A DNA stretch of 64,000 nt. It comes from an uncultured Gammaproteobacteria bacterium. GTDB lineage: Bacteria; Patescibacteriota; Patescibacteriia; UBA11705; DATKZF01. Position 1 is the stretch's first letter; each line of letters starts with the position of its first letter. A program made the translations under genes and the position numbers. Under the pieces are notes generated by a model. It saw only the letters and a program-made list of their open reading frames with translations, did not search any database and was not told the origin of the DNA. Positions 58,005-64,000 of the stretch are shown here, piece after piece. The stretch spans positions 109,631-173,630 of the forward strand of contig CAYPKD010000005.1 of NCBI GenBank assembly GCA_964411255.1, written 5' to 3'.

Positions 58005-58625
58005 ATGCTGAACCAAACCATTAAAATTATTTTTATTATTGTCTTGGCTTTTAGTCTGTTTGGCTGTCGGAATTTAAAACAATATGATCCAGGCAGCAAT
58101 GATTATAAAGCTCCTGAAAAAAAAGAGGATATTGAATTTCATGCAGAACCAGATGAAGAAAATCTATTTGCTGATATTCGGTTTGACTATCCAGCTGAAT
58201 GGCATATTAATTTTGAAGAAAATGACACTATTATTTTAAAAGATGTTGAACAGGATGTGCTGCTGTCAACCGGTTTTGCGCCTGTAGATTATTTTATTCC
58301 AAATGGAATGGTCAATGATGAAAAATATTCAGAGCATTATATTTTAGTAAAGTTGCAGGTGATTGATTACACAGTAGAAAAAATGTCAGATTGGAATAAT
58401 TTTATAAGAATTAATGTGCCTGATATTGTATCATTTGAAAATGTTGATTTAGACAGTAGGCAGCTGGCAATTAGGCCGATTGAATTTTCAGGAATTATGC
58501 TGGGTAATAAAATTATGATTGTGGCTGTTTATGACAAGGTAGTAATAGCCTCGCTTCATTATCAGGCCAGAACGCACGAAGAAGCTGAAGATAGTTTTAT
58601 GCTAATCATTGAAAGTTTGCGCTAA
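58005..58625 (+). CDS. Hypothetical lipoprotein (PsbP-like)
   Basis: AAGGAG RBS before ATG 58005; LFGC lipobox; FDYPAEW...IIESL. Confidence 0.7.
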   Translation: MLNQTIKIIFIIVLAFSLFGCRNLKQYDPGSNDYKAPEKKEDIEFHAEPDEENLFADIRFDYPAEWHINFEENDTIILKDVEQDVLLSTGFAPVDYFIPNGMVNDEKYSEHYILVKLQVIDYTVEKMSDWNNFIRINVPDIVSFENVDLDSRQLAIRPIEFSGIMLGNKIMIVAVYDKVVIASLHYQARTHEEAEDSFMLIIESLR

Positions 58626-58637
58626 AAGGAGGTTGCC

Positions 58638-60944
58638 ATGACATACGCAAAGTCTGTTTTCTTTATTTATATTCTTTGTATTTGCAGTTTTGCCCAGGCG
58701 GAAAGTCTAGTTTTAGATGTTCCATTTAAAAGCCAGGTGCTGCCTGGCAGCTGGCAGTATACCAGAAACTGCGGACCAACTGCAGCATTAATGATGGCCG
58801 GATATTATTTGAATTTTCAGCCGACCACTGAGGATATTATTGCTGTTGATGACTGGCTTTATGATATGGAAATTATCCATGCTCAGCATGGTATTGATAA
58901 ATATAATGGTAATTACACAAACATTACAGATTTGCAGTATTTATTAGGTGATTATTTTGAGTTAGGCAGTATTGAAAAAACATATGCTCCAGAATTAAAG
59001 CAGGAATACATTAAAGAACAAATTCGGCGCGGAAATCCCATTCTAGTTGCTGTTAGAATAAATATGAAAGCATCTGGCCCAGGACATTTTATGCTGGTTA
59101 TCGGTTTTGATGATACTGGTGTAATTGTCCATGACCCTGGGCATTCTGCAGCAAATGGCGGATTAGCCAAACATTATTCATATTCTCAATTTTTAGCTTC
59201 ATGGAGCAGCTGGAGTTATGTTGCGCTTCATATTGGCCGGTTCACTACCTGGCACCCAAATGGTACTTTGATTAAAATTGCGCAAAACCCAGATGTTTAT
59301 CAGTTAATGGACAATGTAAAGCATTTAATCATTGATTGGTCAGTGTTTTTAGCCCATGGCTTTGATTCAAATAAAATTATTGAAGTTAAGCAGCAGGAAA
59401 TGGATTGCTATTCTACTTCCTGGGAAATAAACTGGAAGCCATATAGAGAAACCTTTAAATCTGAAGGCGATAGCAGAATTTATTTATTGGAAAAAAATAA
59501 TGCTGCTGATATTGGTTGTATTATTTATAGTTTTGCTACTAATTTGGCAGCTGAAAGCTGGGGGTATTTAATTGAAGATATTCAAATTTTACCAGCGGAT
59601 ATGGCTGAGCAAAAGATTAATAATTGTAATCCTGGAGAAACGATTTATATTCGCGATGGAAGTTTAATTAAGCCAGATCCAGCTTTGTACAATTGGGGTT
59701 TTGGGCAGGGGGCAGTATTTGTCATTTCTGACCAGGGTTTAGCCAGAGTGTTTATTAATAATCAAGTATTTCAGCAAATGGGATATAATTCTCAAAATAT
59801 TATAAATGCTGATCGGGATCAGTTTTTAATGAGTGTTAATGGTTTTGGAGAAACTATTATTACTGATAATTTAAATCAATGTTTAATGAGCCCGCAGGGA
59901 AGCGGCGCAGAATGCGTTGATGGAGATATTTTAGAAACATATTCAGGCTTAATAGAAACTTTTGGTATTGGAGTCTGCCAGCCCATGCAGAAAAGCTGCT
60001 CAAATGGCATTTGGTATGTGATTCAGGATGAAATGCTGCCATCTAATGAAATTGAAGACGGGCTGGACAATGACTGCGATGGACTAATTGATGAAGATTT
60101 TATTTTAGAGCCTGAAATTCAAGAGCATGTTTGCAATGATGGTGAATTAATAAATACTTATTCTGGCCAGATTGAAACATTAAGTATTGGCATTTGTCAG
60201 GCAGAAATAAAAATTTGCCAGAATAATGCTTGGATTTTAATTCAGCAGCAGGTTTTGCCAAATGAAGAGCAAAATGACGGGCTGGATAATGATTGCGACG
60301 GACTGATTGATGACGGATTTAATCAATATCCAGATCCGCCGCAGGAAGATGAAGAATGCATTGACGGAGAATTGCAGAATAATTATTCTGGACCGTTAAA
60401 TACGTTTGGTATTGGAAATTGCCAGCCTGAAATTCTTTCATGCGTGGATGGATTTTGGCAATTAGTTCAGTATGAAATTTTGCCATCAATAGAAATTGCT
60501 GACAATTTAGATAATGATTGTGATGGATTAGTTGATGAGGCTTTAACTCAAGGATTTGAGCAAAATCCTCAGACTGCTGATGGGCATTTATGGGCAGCAA
60601 AAAGTTGCGGCCTATATTGTATTGCTTTTTGCGATGATTATTTACTGGGCCAGCCAGATCAGGCGATCGTAGTAGGTAATGTGCCCGGTATCTGGTGGAC
60701 ATATGAGTTAGGCTTGGTTTTGCAAAAGCAAGCAGACGGTTATTATCATTTTAATATGTATCAAACTATTTTGCCTGGGATTTATCGCGTATCATATATG
60801 CGAACAGACCAGACCTGGGCATTGTATGGAGATGATTTGTATGATGATGTAGGGCCGTTTAGAAAATGTGGATTTGATGAGTTTGGCTATACTTGCTGGA
60901 TTGAGTTTGAGGTTTTGAGTAATGGCAATATTATTTCTGTATAA
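58638..60944 (+). CDS. Secreted C39-like peptidase with MopE-related metal-binding repeats
   Basis: LDVPFKSQ, NCGPT (Cys), GHFMLVIGFD, VHDP; three (G/N)LDNDCDGL(I/V)D modules; AAGGAGG RBS. Confidence 0.8.
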   Translation: MTYAKSVFFIYILCICSFAQAESLVLDVPFKSQVLPGSWQYTRNCGPTAALMMAGYYLNFQPTTEDIIAVDDWLYDMEIIHAQHGIDKYNGNYTNITDLQYLLGDYFELGSIEKTYAPELKQEYIKEQIRRGNPILVAVRINMKASGPGHFMLVIGFDDTGVIVHDPGHSAANGGLAKHYSYSQFLASWSSWSYVALHIGRFTTWHPNGTLIKIAQNPDVYQLMDNVKHLIIDWSVFLAHGFDSNKIIEVKQQEMDCYSTSWEINWKPYRETFKSEGDSRIYLLEKNNAADIGCIIYSFATNLAAESWGYLIEDIQILPADMAEQKINNCNPGETIYIRDGSLIKPDPALYNWGFGQGAVFVISDQGLARVFINNQVFQQMGYNSQNIINADRDQFLMSVNGFGETIITDNLNQCLMSPQGSGAECVDGDILETYSGLIETFGIGVCQPMQKSCSNGIWYVIQDEMLPSNEIEDGLDNDCDGLIDEDFILEPEIQEHVCNDGELINTYSGQIETLSIGICQAEIKICQNNAWILIQQQVLPNEEQNDGLDNDCDGLIDDGFNQYPDPPQEDEECIDGELQNNYSGPLNTFGIGNCQPEILSCVDGFWQLVQYEILPSIEIADNLDNDCDGLVDEALTQGFEQNPQTADGHLWAAKSCGLYCIAFCDDYLLGQPDQAIVVGNVPGIWWTYELGLVLQKQADGYYHFNMYQTILPGIYRVSYMRTDQTWALYGDDLYDDVGPFRKCGFDEFGYTCWIEFEVLSNGNIISV

Positions 60945-60968
60945 TAATTTAAAAAACGCAACTATTTT

Positions 60969-60996
60969 GGTCGGGGAAACAGAGTTTCCCCTCAGC
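60969..60996 (+). repeat. Solitary REP variant
   Basis: GGTCGGGGAAACAGAGTTTCCCCTCAGC, same subtype as the inverted REP at 44496-44521. Confidence 0.7.
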
Positions 60997-61110
60997 ATTT
61001 AGGTGCGGTAAGACTTTTAGTCCAAGGGAAATTTAAGATTTTCCGAGTAATAAAAAGGGCGTATCAAATACAGCCTTTTTTTTTATTATAGAAAGTTTAA
61101 ATTTAACTAT

Positions 61111-61160
61111 ACAGACCCAAGCCTGCTTTGGGCTTTACAATGTTGGCTTGCCAGACCTCC
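61111..61160. repeat. Short copy of the 9741 element
   Basis: 35 of 41 nt identical to 9741-9781, then CCAGACC as at 9886. Confidence 0.6.
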
Positions 61161-61243
61161 AATACTATTGATGTCTTATGTTTTTAAAAAACTGATATAA
61201 AAAATCACCAGACTTGCGTACTGGTGACTTATTTATACAAAAA

Positions 61244-61537
61244 TTATTTTTTTTCAGTTTTTTGAGGAACAACATGAACCAACCTGACTTTATCCAAATT
61301 GCCGGTGAACTTTTTCATTTTCTTTTGTGAAAATTTGATAATGCCATTAGTAGTTGCAAACAAGGTATCATCTTTTCCTATTTTTACATTATCTCCAGGT
61401 CTGAATTTTGAACCTCTTTGCCGTACTATAATACTACCAGCCTTTGCGTATTGGCCAGCATATAATTTTACGCCTAATCTTTGAGCATTTGAATCTCTTC
61501 CTAAATGGGTTGATCCCGCTGCTTTTTTATGTGCCAT
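61244..61537 (-). CDS. rpmA: 50S ribosomal protein bL27
   Basis: [37 protein letters not shown]. Confidence 0.97.
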   Translation of the reverse strand: MAHKKAAGSTHLGRDSNAQRLGVKLYAGQYAKAGSIIVRQRGSKFRPGDNVKIGKDDTLFATTNGIIKFSQKKMKKFTGNLDKVRLVHVVPQKTEKK

Positions 61538-61684
61538 ATAATAATAGTTAAAAGTTATAAGTTGAAAGTTGAAAATTGTGGATTGAATATTTGTAAAATA
61601 TTACATATAGATTCTAGCTTATTATTATAATTTCGTCAAGTTTTTGATTGACTTTTTTATATAATTCAAATAGTATGTATATAT

Positions 61685-62521
61685 ATGAAAAAATTGCTTA
61701 CATTTACTTTATTATTCAGTTTGGTTTTTATTATTTCAGGCTGTGGCAAGGCTGGCAGTGATGTTGAAATAACAAATTTTGAAATTAATGAGGTTCCAGT
61801 AACGGTTTCAACAGTTGATTTTGAAATGGAACAAGCAACTATTGAGGAAAAAGCTGAAATTGAGAAAAAAGAGTCTGAGCTTGAGCCTTTGCCATCAACT
61901 TATGACACAGATGTATTATTTGCTTCCCAGGCGCCATTTGCCAATTGGAGCCTGCCATATCAGGAAGCTTGCGAAGAAGCCAGTTTAATTATGGCTTATA
62001 AATATTTTGCTAATCAGGCTTTGGACAAAAAAATAATGGATGATGAAATAAAAGGATTAGTTGAATGGCAGCTTGATAATTTTGGCTATTATACAGATAC
62101 CAATTTGGAAGAAGTGGCAATAATTGCAAACGAATATTTTAATTTAGACGTAGAAATTTCTGATAATGTTTCTATTGAAAATATAAAAAGGCAGCTGGTC
62201 AATGGAAATTTAATTATTATTCCAGCATCAGGCAGGGATTTAGGCAATCCAAACTTTACAACACCTGGCCCATTGTTTCATATGCTGGTTATCCGAGGTT
62301 ATGACAGAAATGAGTTTATTACCAATGATCCAGGCACTCGAAAAGGCTTAAAATTCAAATATAAATACCAGACTTTAATCGATGCAATTCATGATTTACC
62401 AATTATTGAAGGAAAAAAATTTCGACCATATGAGGAGGAAAGTGTGGCAGACAGTGTAAAGCTAAGCCGAATAAGATCAGGGCCTAAACAAATATTAATT
62501 ATTAAAGGATTGATAAAATAG
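61685..62521 (+). CDS. C39-like peptidase lipoprotein
   Basis: ISGC lipobox; FASQAP, EACEEAS, HMLVIRGYD, FITNDPG. Confidence 0.8.
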   Translation: MKKLLTFTLLFSLVFIISGCGKAGSDVEITNFEINEVPVTVSTVDFEMEQATIEEKAEIEKKESELEPLPSTYDTDVLFASQAPFANWSLPYQEACEEASLIMAYKYFANQALDKKIMDDEIKGLVEWQLDNFGYYTDTNLEEVAIIANEYFNLDVEISDNVSIENIKRQLVNGNLIIIPASGRDLGNPNFTTPGPLFHMLVIRGYDRNEFITNDPGTRKGLKFKYKYQTLIDAIHDLPIIEGKKFRPYEEESVADSVKLSRIRSGPKQILIIKGLIK

Positions 62522-62639
62522 TAAAAAGTGGCTAAATTAAGCCATTTTTTTAATTCATTGACAAATATGTGATAATTTGTTAATATAAATCATCTTGTGT
62601 TCCTTTTACCAAAAAACGCCAAACTAACAGGAGGGGGCG

Positions 62640-64000
62640 ATGGCAGATAAGAATGGGGCTGAACAGCCCATCCCAGACACTCATAAAGATACAATTCTTG
62701 ACGGAGTTTTAGAATCATTTGAAGAAGATCCTCAAAAGTATTCATTAGAACTTGTCAGATTATATTCAGATTCAAATACTCAGGCTCTTTTTAAGGGTCG
62801 AGAAAGAGAAGTTTTGGATAAACTTGAAAAAGGTGCAAAGCCGTCAGACTCAGGTCAGGTTGAAAATCTTGCCTTTTTGATGAGTGAACTTCAAAAGCAG
62901 GTAAATGGCCGGCAAATCGTTGTCGGTGATAAAAAACGTATCCGAAGTACTGGCACTGCAGTGCATGGTATTTTGGAAGATTTTGATGAAGATCCTGACA
63001 TTCATGTCAAGTATTTTCATGAATATTTTCAGGAACATCCTGAATTGTTTAAGGATGAAGGTATTCGAGCACAGGTTGTTTCTAAACTGAAGGCATTTCT
63101 TGCATCTGATTCAGAAGATTATGAGGCTAGGGCAAAAGCTGCATTTTTAATCAAGGATTTCACTGGCGAGGAGGTGCCAATGGATAAGAAAGCCCTGGAC
63201 GCTTCCCTGCATAGACAGAACGATAAAATCGCAGATACCCAAGATCGTATTCGTGTTTTGAAAGACAAAATGAATGGAAAAGGAAAGAAATTTGCTGATG
63301 AAGAGCCTGAAGCAAAACCAGCCGCAGCAATTGGCGTTCGTCCGCCTGTATCTGTTGAAATTCCTCCCAGACAAATCATTGCTGGTGGGATTTCAGACAG
63401 TACTTCAGATGGTCCGGTGGCTGCTTTTGGCAATGGCAATGAAAAAGAAACCAGAGCTGAAATGCCAGCTATAGGCGCTGAAGATGACCAGGCCAGACAA
63501 ATGCCCGCAGTCACGAAAGATGATATGATGGATGACCAAGGGCCTGAACCTCAGTCTGAGGATTCAGCTACAGTTAGTGAAAAGTTTGAACAATGGAAGG
63601 CTGTCATTCAGACGGTTTGTTTCAATCAGGCTTTCGCCCCTATTTTTGAAGACACTTTGATGCTGCTATTTAATACATTGGCTTTGCCTGATTTACAAGA
63701 AAGGTTTGAGCTTTGCGATTATTTATACAATGCGCTGGACCCAAGCTCCTGGAACGGTTTTCTGGTCATTGAGTGTAAAGGTTTGTCAGTCAAAGTAAAA
63801 AAAGAATGTGTCATTGTCGACTCAGAATTGGGCACAGAAGTATTTGATATTAAATTTTTTGACGCAGTAAAGAGCGGGAGAAAGTTTTCTGCAGAGGAAT
63901 ATAAAGTATTGAATGCTCTTTATACGGCTCTCTATAAGGCGGTACTTGCTGATTATGAGAGAGTGAACGGATTTTTTAGGGAATTTGAACAGGTGAAAGA
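62640..64000 (+). CDS. Large SD-led orphan protein, truncated by window end (not in ORF track)
   Basis: TTGACA-17-TAATAT promoter at about 62558, AGGAGGGGG RBS, ATG 62640; MADKNGAEQPIPDTHK... reads open as far as I translated and is absent from the track, consistent with no stop. Confidence 0.75.
   Translation, partial: MADKNGAEQPIPDTHKDTILDGVLESFEEDPQKYSLELVRLYSDSNTQALFKGREREVLDKLEKGAKPSDSGQVENLAFLMSELQKQVNGRQIVVGDKKRIRSTGTAVHGILEDFDEDPDIHVKYFHEYFQEHPELFKDEGIRAQVVSKLKAFLASDSEDYEARAKAAFLIKDFTGEEVPMDKKALDASLHRQNDKIADTQDRIRVLKDKMNGKGKKFADEEPEAKPAAAIGVRPPVSVEIPPRQIIAGGISDSTSDGPVAAFGNGNEKETRAEMPAIGAEDDQARQMPAVTKDDMMDDQGPEPQSEDSATVSEKFEQWKAVIQTVCFNQAFAPIFEDTLMLLFNTLALPDLQERFELCDYLYNALDPSSWNGFLVIECKGLSVKVKKECVIVDSELGTEVFDIKFFDAVKSGRKFSAEEYKVLNALYTALYKAVLADYERVNGFFREFEQVK

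Noticed and set aside
1-64000. Alternative genetic code (TGA recoding as in Gracilibacteria/Absconditabacteria)
   Set aside because: All conserved genes are full length under code 11

Overview
AT-rich bacterial chromosome segment with standard code 11. Gene content (T4SS-type pilin fusions, giant Cys-rich surface proteins, housekeeping genes without Shine-Dalgarno sites) points to Patescibacteria/CPR; this is an inference. The housekeeping backbone is topA, folC, dprA, pth, der, LCP, lepB, hisS, rpsU, yqeY, ybeY, dgkA, ftsA, ftsZ, nrdD/nrdG, ogt, htrA, prfB, a GalE-like epimerase, a CapA-like gene, rsmA and rpmA. Notable accessory signals: (1) a gene ending in an almost adenine-free variable region typical of a diversity-generating retroelement (DGR) target, with no RT or template repeat seen in the window; (2) three tandem promoter-structured RNA-terminator units at 8.3-9.2 kb, one carrying a perfect SD plus a 9-codon ORF and two carrying C-rich anti-SD-like tracts; (3) large proteins of 628, 2256 and 3210 aa that begin with VirB2-like pilin or VirB5/TrbJ-like N-termini; (4) a class III RNR whose glycyl-radical domain is a separate 47-aa gene missing from the ORF track; (5) a REP-associated tyrosine transposase with flanking REPs, plus short palindromic elements inserted in-frame in folC and prfB; (6) SD-led orphan genes contrasting with SD-less core genes, with rpsU the exception. 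All family assignments come from motif recognition by eye, not database searches.
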